A DNA stretch of 64,000 bases, taken from the human T2T-CHM13v2.0 reference genome, Homo sapiens. Below the pieces are notes generated by a model. That model was given only the letters and a program-made list of their open reading frames with translations, was not told the DNA's origin and made no database searches. The translations under genes were made by a program, and so were the position numbers. The stretch's first letter is position 1, and each line of letters opens with the position of its first letter. Below, one piece after another: positions 15,771 through 27,792 of the stretch. The stretch is from assembly GCF_009914755.1 (NCBI RefSeq), contig NC_060926.1, one strand, 5' to 3'.

Positions 15771-16098
15771 TACCTCTATCCCTGCCTCCCCACACAGTCT
15801 TATTCCTGGGTGGCTGACAGTATTTTTGTATTTATGGCTGAGGGGGTTGCTGGAGATGGAGGAGTGGGATGGCTGTAGTGGAAGATTCCATGGTTCCATT
15901 TGTAGACTTCCACTACTCTCTTTCTCCTTTGGTATGGAGCTTTGTACTTGCCCTCAGCGTGCCTAGTGCTTCAGAGTCCACAGGCTCTCTGAAGCAACGT
16001 TTGTAGGTCAAACCTTCAGTCTGATACTATTTGGAAGGAAAAATAGTTGCATAGCTACACTGAATGAGGGAAAGAGTAACTGTTGATTTCAGCTCTCT

Positions 16099-16325
16099 CA
16101 GGGATGTCCAATCATTTGGCTTCCCTGGGCCACATTGGAAGAAGAAGAATTGCCTTGGGTTACACATAAAATACACTAACAGTAATGATAGCCGATGAGC
16201 TTAAAAAAAAAAAAGTGCAAAAAAATCTCATAATGTTTTAAGAAAGTTTACGAATCTGTGTTGAGCCACATTCAAAGCTGTCCTGGGCTGCATGCGGCCC
16301 GTGGGCCATGAGCTGGAGAAGCCTG
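16099..16325. mobile_element. MER30 (hAT-Charlie MITE)
   Basis: cagggatgtccaatcatttggcttccctgggccacattggaagaagaagaattg...cacattcaaagctgtcctgggctgcatgcggcccgtgggcc; close to the MER30 consensus as recalled. Confidence 0.9.
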
Positions 16326-16513
16326 CTCTGAGTCTTTAGATGGGGCCAAGGCAGGGGTTGGGAGTGGGTCCTGCTTCCTGTTGTCTGTCCCCTGCAGCCA
16401 TTTTATATTTTAGCATTCTCTTTGTCTGCTAATACATGCCATTTATAACTCTGAAAATTTAATTGATGGTTCTCACTTTGTTTCTGTTACCCGTAAAGAT
16501 TTATGCCATTTGA

Positions 16514-16539
16514 AACAACAACAACAACAACAACAAAAA
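16514..16539. repeat. (CAA)n microsatellite
   Basis: aacaacaacaacaacaacaacaaaaac. Confidence 0.9.
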
Positions 16540-19500
16540 CTCCTTTGCTTTTGTTTTAATGGGATTTTGAGATAAGTATGTGTTCATTTTGCTTTATTTA
16601 ACCAGAAGCTATCTCTGTGCTCACATTTCTGTTAGAGGAAATTTGGCCCAGGTACACTTTAAACCCTGGCTGTTTGAGAGCCAGTTGCTCATCTGTGATC
16701 CCACAGATACCCTGTGGATTGGAGTGTCACCTGTCAAACATGGCTGAGGAGAGTCTAGGGACAGACACACACAGTGATTAACATCTATAAATACAGAGAT
16801 GGGTTTACATAAAGAGTTCTAAATTCACAGAATTAAGTTAGAAAAATTATAGTGTGGTTTTTGTTGTTATTATAAAGCCTTAAATTTAAAGTACTTTTGA
16901 TTGGTTTACATTCAGTCTATTAGAGGGTACTTATGCTATATGTGCAGTTGCATCCTAGTTGTGTAAATAACCAGAGAAAAGAGGGTAAGTGACATGAATT
17001 CTGGGTGTTGAGTGTGTATTGTCAAAAGGACATATGATGGAGACTGAGTATAGAAAATAGAATGTTTTGGAGTCAGAGTAAGTGTAGCCATTTATAAAAA
17101 TAAATTAGTGAGTTTATAATTTAGAGGCTTTAGGAAGGCAAGAAATAACATTCCTTTCTCTTCTGCTTTGAAACTAATTGATAAATACGTGGACATAAAA
17201 TTTCAGCTTTATTACTAATAAAAGTGGTGTGGAAGGTGAGATATTTGGCCTTCATGGACATTCTATTATTTAACCCCTGAATTAGACAAACATACTCTAA
17301 TGCTGGTTGGTCACTGAGAGAGCAGGTCTCCCCCTAATAGGAGCAGAGTCAGCCCCTGTGCTTACCATGTAGTGGAGGGCTGACTAGAATGCTGCCACTA
17401 TGAAGGAAGGAAGAACCACTGGAGAACATGTACCCAGAAGCTGTTGACCGGATAGGTCCTTCTCCCAGGTTCACAGTTCGTCACTCCTTCCTTGGCTGAG
17501 GGGAGAAAGAACAAGTGAAAAGAAGCTGAAAGTGTGCTTTCTAAACTTTTCCCTCCTGGAGATTTGAATGGAAATATGGAGAATAAATGTCTCCCCTAAA
17601 CAGTTCTATATAACAGGTATTATATAGCAATCATATTCATATTCATAACAGTATTATGAAGTAATGGGCAGTAACTGGCCCATCATTATGTGCCACATTG
17701 AATTGCATGCTACTCATTTTATACCATGCTTGGTAAGCCCCCTTTAATCTGAAAATATCTTGCCATTTTTTGGCCCTGGAAAATTTTCCTCATACCGTTT
17801 CTTCTCCTGGGTTCTCTGTATTTTCATTCCACTAAATAGCTGTGCTTATTAGATACTTACATATGAATATGGCCAAGTACTAAGGGACTTTGAAAGGTAC
17901 TTTTAATTAGAAGTAATATTTGCTTTACCAACTAATTTTAGACTAACTATATATATTTTGTAAGCTATAACCAGTCAATGTGTGAATGCTTTATATATTC
18001 AAACAGCAGGTTATACCCACTTCCTTACCTACACAGAAGCTGTTGCTCTTTTTGCCAGAGAGCAACCAAATTTTCCTGAGCAGTGGTAGCTACCTGATGG
18101 CTACTGCAAGGAACTTCTCATCTACTTTCCTTCCTACTTCCTTTCTTCTTCTAATAGTAGTCATGCACCCTCTTAAATTCGCTTATTTTTCTTTTCTTTC
18201 TTCCTTTTCTTTTCTTCTTCTTCTTTTTTTTTTTTTTTTTTTTTTGGTTTACTGCTCGGTTAACTTCACTACAGGAAGTCTTCCATGTACACACAGACAC
18301 ATGCCCTTATTAGCTTTGTCAATATCTTAATTCTGTTGCTGTACTACATCAAGAAGTTGTCAAGTGTCCTGTCTGCCCCCTTCTTTATGTTGAGGTGGGA
18401 GGTATTGTTTTATCTGTTTTGTTTGGTTGACTGACCTATGAAACTAACCCACTATTTGTAAGAGTGGATTTTTTAGCAGGAGAAAGCTATCTGGGTTTCA
18501 AAAAGTGAGGTATCAATCAACTTAAAATATTCTGCTTGTAGTTTAAAAGAATCTCTTCTTATATTTATATATTTTAGAAATGCTATTTTTATTCAGTAGC
18601 TTTTAGTATGTCCTCTTTTTTTTTTTTTCTCTAAGTGCCATGTAGGGAGTATACAGGTATGACTGAAGTAATCACTGCTTTTAAAGAATTTTTACCTCTG
18701 TCTGGTAGAGGAGATAATAGAACCTGAGGTAAAGAGAGGTACAGGCAGGCACCTGTACCTGGTTTAAAAGCAACAAAATCTCCAAAATCTATAATGATTC
18801 TTATATGGGTTTTGAGTGAAAGAGAAATGGTAGTATAGAATACTTAGACTGCTAGTGCAAGTCTTTGCCCTGGTTCTGATTTAACACATTGTCAGATCTC
18901 CTATCAATTCTCACTATTAATTTTTCTAAACTATTTCCCAGCTTTTCTTGTTCCTTCCCCTGCCTCACAAGCTGGGGTGCTGGCTTTTGTAAGAATAGAA
19001 TAAGAAGATAGAGCAGATAGGAGGTGGAGGAACAAGAGGTGAGTAAGATTAGGTAGGTGTATAAAAGATGGTCATGCAAAATTTGTATATATAGCCTTGC
19101 CCTTGAACTTTTGAAAACTTCTGTTTAACTTATAAATTCAGTATATTGTGTTAACTCTGCTCCACACTTTCCTAAATCTTTCTCTAAAATGTCTTCTAGC
19201 TGTATCAACTACCTGATTTTATTGACTGTTTGCTGTTAGTATGTGGATTAAGGCAGATCATTGGACTGTCATTATGTGCATTTACAAATACAACATCCTT
19301 TGTGAAAGGAAGAGTAATTTTTAGTAATCTATGTAGTTTATGAGCTCTGTATCATTTTGTCATTGACTTTGATGCAGATTAGATTGACTTTTTAAAAGCA
19401 TGCTTTTGAATTATTGATTATCATATAATAAAGACAAGGTTTTACATAAAAGATAAGAGAAAAATGCATTTTATTCTCAAGAATATTTTAAATGAATCAT

Positions 19501-19624
19501 ACTTACAAAATAGTTTTTATCATTAGTTCACCAATAGCTGTAACTCCTCTGATTTAACTTTAGATTATATCGCATACTTAAATACAATAACACAAATTTT
19601 AGAATGTGGGACTCATTGAGAGAT

Positions 19625-19735
19625 GAAATACTGCCTACCACATAGGATGGTTGTGACAGTTAATTTAGTATGTTTAAAGCACTTTGAGTACTACCTTGCC
19701 CATAGTACTATATAAGTTTATAAGTGCTAGCTAAC
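19625..19735. mobile_element. MIR fragment
   Basis: cctaccacataggatggttgtga...tgtttaaagcactttgagtactaccttgcccatagta. Confidence 0.65.
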
Positions 19736-20855
19736 ATTTATTTTTGTTTTTATTATTGTTATCTAGTGGTAAAAATTTCTTAAGCAATGAACTGAAGTCT
19801 AGATTTTTGAGATGTAGTCCTTTACTGATTATAAAGCAAATGCCTTTAGATATTTTAACTTCATCAGTACTATCTGTAGTAGGAGGCTGATTTTACTAAA
19901 ATTAGATAATTATATACATCTGTTCCTATTCCTTTGTTAGTACCTTTAAGAAAGTCATGCTGAATCTGAGAATGCCAGGACATTTCACGTGGTATGAATG
20001 TAGGATATTCATTTACACATCGCTGCACAGACAGCCTCTATATAACCAACCTGTTGGTTATTGATATCTCTTTTACTGCCTTACTCTAAATCTTGTCATG
20101 TAATTTCAACACATAATTTGTGGCACTTTAGTTTTTTTACCCTTTATAGTTTAATAACTTATACATGTACATGCTTAAAATGTCAAACAATACAAATGGG
20201 AACAAAGAAAATTGCTTCACCATCTGTGAACCCCTCCTTTTGTAGTCCCCTTAACCAGAAATAGAGATTACTAGTTTTAAGTATTCTTTCAAAAATATCC
20301 TGTGCATTTACAAACACATGCATATATATCCAACCTTGTCCTTTTTAAAACACATATATTAGTGCGCTATATATACTATTCCTCCCCTTAGCTTTTTTCA
20401 TTTAATATTTATGAAGATCAGTTTCATTCTATGTCAGTATACATGGGTCAATGTCTTTTTCAGACCTTCAGTCTATATATTCCATGTATGTGTAAACTAT
20501 CATTTATCTAATCCTACACACATTGTTTGTTTTGTATTTTTTACTTCTTGCAGTGTCATAACTAATACCCTGTGTACATATCTTTGTTTCTGTGTATGTT
20601 TATATGTAAGATGAATCCTAGAAATAGAGTTGCCAAGTTCAAGAGGATACATTTTTAATGAAACTAAATACCAGTTTATAATTGCCTACACACATGGTTT
20701 GAAAGGGCTTTCTTCTGCTGCTCTTTCTAGAGTAGCATATTATCAAGTTTTAGATCTTTGCTGAGTGAAACCTATTGTCTTATTATTGTATATTTATCAA
20801 TCTATCACTGAAGTTACACTTTTTTTATGTTTAAAAGTCATTGACATTTATTCTT

Positions 20856-21193
20856 GGCTGGGTGTGTGGTGGCTCATGCCTGTAATCCCAGCAGTTTGGA
20901 AGGCCGAGGCAGACAGATCGCTTGAGCCCAGGAGTTGCAGACAGATCGCTTGAGCCCAGGAGTTCCAGACAAGCCTGGGCAACATGGGGAAACCCCATCC
21001 CTACAAAAAATGCAATATTAGCTGGGTGTGGTTGTGCACACCTGTAGTCCCAACTTTACTTGGGAGACTGAGGTGGGAGAATTGCTTGAGCCCAGGAGAC
21101 AGAGATTGCAGTGAGCAAGATCGTGCCATTGCACTATAGCCTGGGCAACAGACAAAATGAGACCTTGCCTCAAAAAAAAAAAAAAAAAGAAAA
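20856..21193 (+). mobile_element. AluJ with internal 28-bp tandem duplication
   Basis: Alu dimer; target-site duplication-like aaaagtcattgacatttattct / aaaatcattgatatttattct. Confidence 0.92.
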
Positions 21194-22009
21194 ATCATTG
21201 ATATTTATTCTCTACTAAAATACCAATTCACATCATTTGCCAATATTTGTTGAGTTACTAGTTTTTTTCTAATTTGCAAGAAATCTTTAAGAAAATCAGC
21301 CTTTTATTTATATAGTACATCTTTTTCTTTTTGTTCTTTGTCTTGACTTAAAGTTTTCTAAGTAGAAATTTAAAAAGTTTATATAGTCAAATCAATCTAT
21401 TTTTAATCAGTGTTATGGCTTCTGAGTTGCTGCCCGTGCAACATTCCCACCCTGTATGTTCCTCTAGTATTTTTATGTGTTTTACTTTTTACCATTAAAT
21501 TTTGTTGAATATGTCACTTACTGGTGTTAGAAGTAGGGTAGGAATTCAGCTTAATTTTTTTAAGATAACTAGTCTGTTATGCCAACACTCTTTTTTTTTC
21601 ATTAGATACCTGTTTTATCCTCAGTAATTTGAAACATCATTTCCATTATACTCTGTTCTTGAGCTTGTTTCTCAATTCTTAATTTTGGCAAAGTTTCTCA
21701 TTATGCCACCAAACTACCATGTCAACATGTATATGTCATCTTTTTTATAGCTGCTATTTTATATTCTGTTATACATTTTCAAAATAAGATATTTCTTAAC
21801 GTTTTTACTGTTTAAATCATATATAAAGCAAAATTTTATTTTTTCTTCCACTGTGCAGTAAGTCTCTGAAATTAATTGTGGATACCTTCTCCTGAGCTCC
21901 CCTTTAGTCAGTGCACTGTAATTTAGAGGTAGTCTGCAGTCAAATATGATGAACAATGTATAATTTCATAATTTCTCCTGAGTTTGAAGAATTTTTCTTT
22001 CTTTTCTAG

Positions 22010-22155
22010 CTTTTAATCTAGACAACGAGCAACCAGATTATGATATGGATTCAGAAGATGAGACTTTATTAAATAGACTTAACAGAAAGATGGAAATTAA
22101 GCCTTTGCAATTTGAAATTATGATTGACAGACTTGAAAAAGCCAGTTCTAATCAG
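22010..22155 (+). CDS. EPC2: EPC2 coding exon (probably exon 3), EPcA/EPL1 domain part
   Basis: Acceptor ttttctag|ct and donor cag|gtactg; 146 nt, phase 1 to 0. Translates (P)FNLDNEQPDYDMDSEDETLLNRLNRKMEIKPLQFEIMIDRLEKASSNQ, containing the Enhancer-of-Polycomb YDMDSEDE motif. Confidence 0.97.
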
Positions 22156-22619
22156 GTACTGTACCATGTAAAGATGTCTCTTATCTTCTAGTTAACCCAA
22201 TTTGCACCTTTATAAGACCTGAGTGTGTTGCATTTTACTGTTTCTTGGATTTCTTTTCCTGACATCCTGGAATTTCTGTTTACAATGTTCCGTGAGTGGA
22301 GAGTACTTAAGCACAATTTCTTTGAATAAGAGTATGAAGAGTACTGTTCTGACTGTTTTCCTGTTTGGATAAAAATAATACTAGTCACAATGTTATAATA
22401 TTTTATTGATCCTTTCCATATGACTAGTATTGGTGCTTCCATAACTAAATTTGCTTGCTTGGATCTTTAAGGCAGTCATCTTATGTCAAATCTTGCTCAG
22501 ATATTAAGGTACTCATCATTTTAAATGGATTTTAATTTTAATTACTTATACATTATTTCAGTTCAGTGAGGGAAAAATTATTTACAAAAGAATATTCTTT
22601 AGTGAGGTATTTTATATAT

Positions 22620-23130
22620 GGCACAGGTAATTTAAAATGGCACTGTCTTTCTGGAAAGCAGTTAAGCAGTGTAAGTCAGGAGCCTAAAAATATTTATGCA
22701 CTTTGATTTAATAATCTCATCTTTTGGAATTGTTCACAAGAAAAATAATTAGAAAAAATGTCAGTGATTTTTGAGCAAGAATGTTCAGAATAAATAAGAT
22801 GTCTCTGAGGTAGACTATAACACAGGCATTAAAATCATGATTTTGAAGGATGTCTAGTGCCATAGGAAATTGTACATTATATAATATCAGATTTAGAAAA
22901 CAGGATACAGAACTCTTTATGTGGAAAACTTTGAGGTTTGTTTAATCATTTATATTTATACATGTGCATAGAAAGCAAAAGAATAAGGAAGTTTACAACA
23001 AAATGCTAACAGTGGTTATATTTGGGTGCTGCAATTGGTGATTTTTATGTTCTTTATCCTATTTTTCTATGTTTTCCAAATTTATCATGAGCTATGTGTT
23101 GATACTATAATTAGATTTTTAAAATAAACT
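22620..23130 (+). mobile_element. L1ME-type 3' fragment
   Basis: ctttctggaaagcagttaagcagtg...aaaatgctaacagtggttatatttgggtg, old L1 3' motifs. Confidence 0.55.
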
Positions 23131-24289
23131 TTTTAAACATAAGTTTTGGTGTACCTGTGTGGTATATTAATGTGCTAATTGTTATTAACATTCTAAGAAG
23201 TTAGAGTTGCAAATAAACTTTTTACAGTAGATTGTTAAAACTTTTCATTAGTTTACCCATACAAATTTATTATTTTACCCTACAACTTAAATCTTTTAAA
23301 TCTCTAAGGCATTACAAGCTCTTCAGAGCATTTTCCTTTGGCAAGTGACTTTGCTGCATATTTAGCCTATCAGTTTGCCCCCCCCCCCCCGCACCATTTT
23401 GATGAAAAATAATATCCACTGTACTATTCAAAGAAATACATTTTGAAAATTGCATTTTGTAAAATTCATGTTACTGGTTTTTGAGAGATTGTCTTACTTG
23501 GTTTTTTGTTGGGAGTTCTAAAAAAGTACCAACTTGATGTTCATTATAATTGGTGACTTACAGTTTTCCTGGGATTTTAATCGCAGGCATCAGGTAAAGT
23601 TTCAGTTTTTCTTTAGATGTAAATTTTCTTAGCAATCCTAGGCTGGATCAGCCTTTTGGTATGTTTATGATTTTCTATGATTGCTCAGAAACTACTCATA
23701 GTGGCTGAGATGATACCATCAGAAGCCTTCAGCTCTCTGTTCTGTAATTTGCTTTCTTTGAGTCAGTAAGCAATATTTAGTGTCCAGGTGGACAAGGCAG
23801 GTGATAGCAGTGAGTAAGATAGATGACAAAAATTCTGCCCTTGTTCAGCGTATTATCCAATTGGAGACAGGATAAACAAAAAAACATGTAAGCAATACAG
23901 TTAACTGTGCACATATAATCAGCCCCATCCTATTTTAGTTCTCTTTGCTCAGGGACAAGCTTCTAGGCTGTGAAACAAGTAGCTAGGCACAGAGCATGAT
24001 AGCATCTACTTTCAGCAATGGAAAGTAAAAGTGGAGGTTTTGTCATTGGAACAAAGTAATGGTCCTGCATTAGAATCAAGGATTAAAGATAACAAAGGGC
24101 TATCTTCATTCCATTCCCTGATCTGTTAATTTATGGATCTCTTTACTTTTCCTTTATGGGGGCTGGCATAGTACTAGGTCCTGGGACAAGGAATCAAGTT
24201 TGTAGTTAAACTACTATTTATTAGGTTAACAGAAAACGACAAAAGATAGACTTAGGCAAACCTGCCTCTGTTATTCTGGGAGACTATTT

Positions 24290-24800
24290 CAATGAAGTCA
24301 TGATTGAAAACTCCTGTTGTCAAATGCTGTAATTATTTTCAGTCCCAATCTGTTTATTTGATTTGTGCTCTCATGTCTTGGAGCTGTCTTCACCTTTTTT
24401 TAAAAAATAAAAATACAGTTTATTCCCTCTGGTTTTATTGTTTCTCATGACCATTCCTTCTTTCTTTTGCTTGATCCCTTTCATTCAACTCCTGTAAACA
24501 TCAGGGTTTCTTGAAATTCTGTTCTTGGTTTTCTTATCCTACATATTTTTGTGTAATATCAGCTCAGTGAGTATTTTTATAGATATAATAATGTATTACC
24601 TTTGGCCTTGACCTCTTTCTCAAACTCCAGGATTTTTTTCCCCCTTTTGGTTTTGCCTATTAACATCTTCACCTGGATGGTCCACAGTCCCCTCAAGTTT
24701 ATCCTTTTGGGAACTGAACTTACTGTCTTACCCTATGTAATCTTGTAATCCTTATCTCTTCAGTAACTCCCAAACTCAGATCCATCCATTTTTTATCCCT
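24290..24800. mobile_element. L2 fragment
   Basis: gacctctttctcaaactccag and catcttcacctggatggtccacagtcccctcaag; pyrimidine-rich L2 pattern. Confidence 0.5.
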
Positions 24801-24929
24801 TTCCTTCATTGATAACTAATTCACTTCAGGGTTTGTCAGGTTTTATCAAAGCACTGAATGAAGGAAAGGGATTTGACAAACCCATGAATTGAATGTTATC
24901 AAATTGTTTGATTTAGTATCTTCTTTCCA

Positions 24930-25370
24930 GTGTGACAGACAACTAATTGCAGTACCTAACCTGAGACTGAATCTTGTAGTGGATGGGAGTAGGGGGATGC
25001 TATGAAGATTATTTTTGAGTCAATTGACAATATTGGAATATAGAGAGTAGATTACATAATATTTTCAATGTTAAATTTACTAAAGTTGAAGGCTGTGATT
25101 ATGAAAGAAAATATCCCTATTCTTAAGAAATATACACTTAAGTATCTAGGAGTAAAGAGCCATGATATGTGTAACTTCCCACCCTCAAAAGGATCAGAAA
25201 AAAAATTGTATACACACACACACACAATTAGAGCTTAAATGCACACAAATGTTAAAGCAAATACAAAAGCTAACAATACATGAGTCTTGGTGTAAATGGA
25301 TATACAGTGTTCTTTGAAATGTTTTATTCTTGTAAGTTTTCTAAATATTTGAGATTAAAGTTAATTTTTA
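24930..25370 (+). mobile_element. L1M (ME/MC) 3' fragment
   Basis: gaaaatatccctattcttaagaaatatacacttaagtatctaggagtaaag...ctcaaaaggatcagaaaaaaa. Confidence 0.6.
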
Positions 25371-25479
25371 AAAATCACAAGCCATCTTAAATGGCATTCT
25401 CTTTCATAGGATTTTCTCTAAAATAAATAATAAAACACTTTCCAAGAAATGTGTTTTTAATTTTTCTTTTGAAAACCCT

Positions 25480-26330
25480 CAGTGTTTTAATGTATAACCC
25501 TTATCTCATTCCTAAACTATTGAACACCCGATTTTTAGTTACTGATTAACCTTCTATATACCCTATTGACCTTTCACTGCTCTCCACTTATCACACATTC
25601 CCATAGAAAGACCACTCCTGCCCAAAACAGAACTCTCCTTCTAACACCCTGGGTAATCATTTTCCATCATTTTCCTTCCTTTCTACCTCCATACTACCTT
25701 TTACTCCTGTAGAAGCATAATCCTAAACCCTTCCTAACTCTTCCTTGTGTACCTGTATAGTCCTCGAATATTTTATTTTCACTTATCTCCTCTCTCATTT
25801 CTTCAATCTTTCTCTTTCTGCCCCAAAAGGTGCCCAAGTCCCTATTTCCAGGAGAACCCTTTCATTTGACCCCATCCTTCTCAGCAAACTACCACCCATT
25901 GTCTCTTCTTTCTTTGTCATAGTTAAATTTTCAGAAGTTTGGCTATACTTGGTGCTTCTTATGTTTACCTTTTACTCACTTCACAATCCATTTCACTTTA
26001 CTGAAATTGCAGTGTTTAAGGTTACCAGTGGTCTCCTAATTGTCATCAGGACCTCTTTTCAACTTGTATCCTACTTAATGTCCCTGCAGTATTGAATGAT
26101 GTTGACCAGGACATTTTCCTGATTATTGTCTTCTTTCTTCATCTCCTCTTTATCTTCAGTGTTGATATTTCCTTTGTTATCTGTCCCCTGCATTTTTTCA
26201 TTTATCTTAAGCTGCTAGTAGTTTTTTGCTGGTTCCCAAATGCTCCAGAGCTGGATTTCTAGTGGAACCTTTCCACCTAAGCAAGTATTTCAAATTTAAC
26301 ATCTCCAGACCTCCTTTGCCTCCCCCAGTT
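25480..26330. mobile_element. L2 fragment
   Basis: tttcactttactgaaattgc...aaggttaccagtggtctcctaattgtca...ttaatgtccctgcagtattg. Confidence 0.55.
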
Positions 26331-26338
26331 TTGCTCTC

Positions 26339-26772
26339 TGATATGGTTTGGATTTGTGTCCCTGCTCAAATATCATGTGGAATTGTGATCTCCAGTGTTT
26401 GTGGAGGGCCTGGTGGAGATGATTGGATCGTGAGAGTGGATTTTCCCCTTGCTGTTGTCATGATAGTGAGTTCTCACAAGATCTCACAACATTGTTTTAC
26501 AAGATCGATTCACAAGATTGTTTCACAAACTTGTTCTCACAAGAATATTTAAGTGTATAGCACCTCCCCCTTCTCTCTCTTTCTTCTGCTCCCACCACAT
26601 AAGATGTGCCTGCTTCCCTTTCGCCTTCTCCCATGACTATAAATTTCTTGAGGCCTCCCCAGCCATGCTACCTGTACAGCCCGCAGCACCATGAGCCAAT
26701 TAAACCTCTTTTCTTTATAAATTACCCAGTCTTAGGTAGTTCTTTATAGCAATGCAAGAACAGACTAATATA
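26339..26772 (+). mobile_element. MSTA-like MaLR solo LTR
   Basis: Starts tgatatggtttggatttgtgtcc; contains caattaaacctcttttctttataaattacccagtc; ends cagactaata(t)a. Perfect 5-bp target-site duplication ctctc (26334-26338 / 26773-26777). Confidence 0.93.
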
Positions 26773-26903
26773 CTCTCTTTCTTAATTAATGATATCATTT
26801 TCATCTTCCTTCTAGTTGGCCAGTTTGCACTTTAGTGCTGACTTCTTTAAAATCATCCCAAACATCACTAAATCAAACCAGTTTTTTGTTCCACAATGTT
26901 ACA

Positions 26904-27258
26904 CAGGTTGAGTATACCTTATCCAAAATGTTTGGGACCAGAAGTGTTTTGGGTTTTAGATTATTTCACATTTTGGAATATTTACAGATATATAATGAGA
27001 TTATTTGGGGATGGAACCCAACTGTAAACATGAAATGTATTTATGTTTCATATATACTTTATACACACAGTCTGAAGGTAATTTTTTTACAATATTTTAA
27101 ATAATTTTGTGAATGAAACAAAGTTTTGACTGCATTTTGATTGTGATCTGTCAAATAACGTCAGGTGTGGAATTTTACACTTGTAGCATCATGTTGGGAC
27201 TCAAAAAAAAATTGATTTTGGAGCATTTCAGATTTATAGATTAGAGCTGCTCAACCTG
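26904..27258. mobile_element. Tigger4/MER46-type Tc1-mariner MITE
   Basis: Terminal inverted repeats caggttgag...ctcaacctg followed by TA; internal tttgggaccagaagtgttttg. Confidence 0.88.
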
Positions 27259-27567
27259 TATTTGTTGCCTGTACCATGTTCCCTTATTTTTATTATTTTT
27301 CAGCTGGACCACTGCTATTCTGCCACTAGCTATTTTATTAAAAATTCATCTTCTTAAAAAAGAAAAACTTCATTGGCTTCCACTGTCTATAAAGTGAAAT
27401 CTGAACCACCTGATTCCAGCCATGCTGAACTTCTTTCTGGTCCTCTAATGTACCATACCTTTTATAGCTTTACATTGTTACTTCTGCCTGTAATGCCAGG
27501 TCCTCTATTTATAATAGTTTTTAGTAAAATTATCACCTTGGGATACAGGCTACATGTTTACTAAGAC

Positions 27568-27792
27568 TGTAGTGTAAGACTAAATATTTGCTGTTCCAGC
27601 TATAGTCCTCATGCCGGTGGTGTTCATAGTACCAGCAGCAGTGGTTTCCCTACTGGATCAGTTCTGTGGCCTGATTTTAGGCATTATGGATTCCAAGCCT
27701 GATTCACCAGTACTTCTGAAGGTGTAGAACTATCCAGTATCTTGTAAATAAATTCCATCTATTGCTTGCAAATAGAAACTTTGACTGATACA
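27568..27792 (+). mobile_element. MLT1-type LTR fragment
   Basis: Ends aaataaattcc...tgactgataca, a typical MLT1 3' end. Confidence 0.55.

Noticed and set aside
20042-20061. Hairpin ataaccaac-ct-gttggttat
   Set aside because: Nine-bp arms are expected by chance in 64 kb of AT-rich DNA.
23378-23390. C13 homopolymer, and the C-rich run at ~56936-56965
   Set aside because: Simple low-complexity sequence; not clear four-run G4 motifs and no contextual support.
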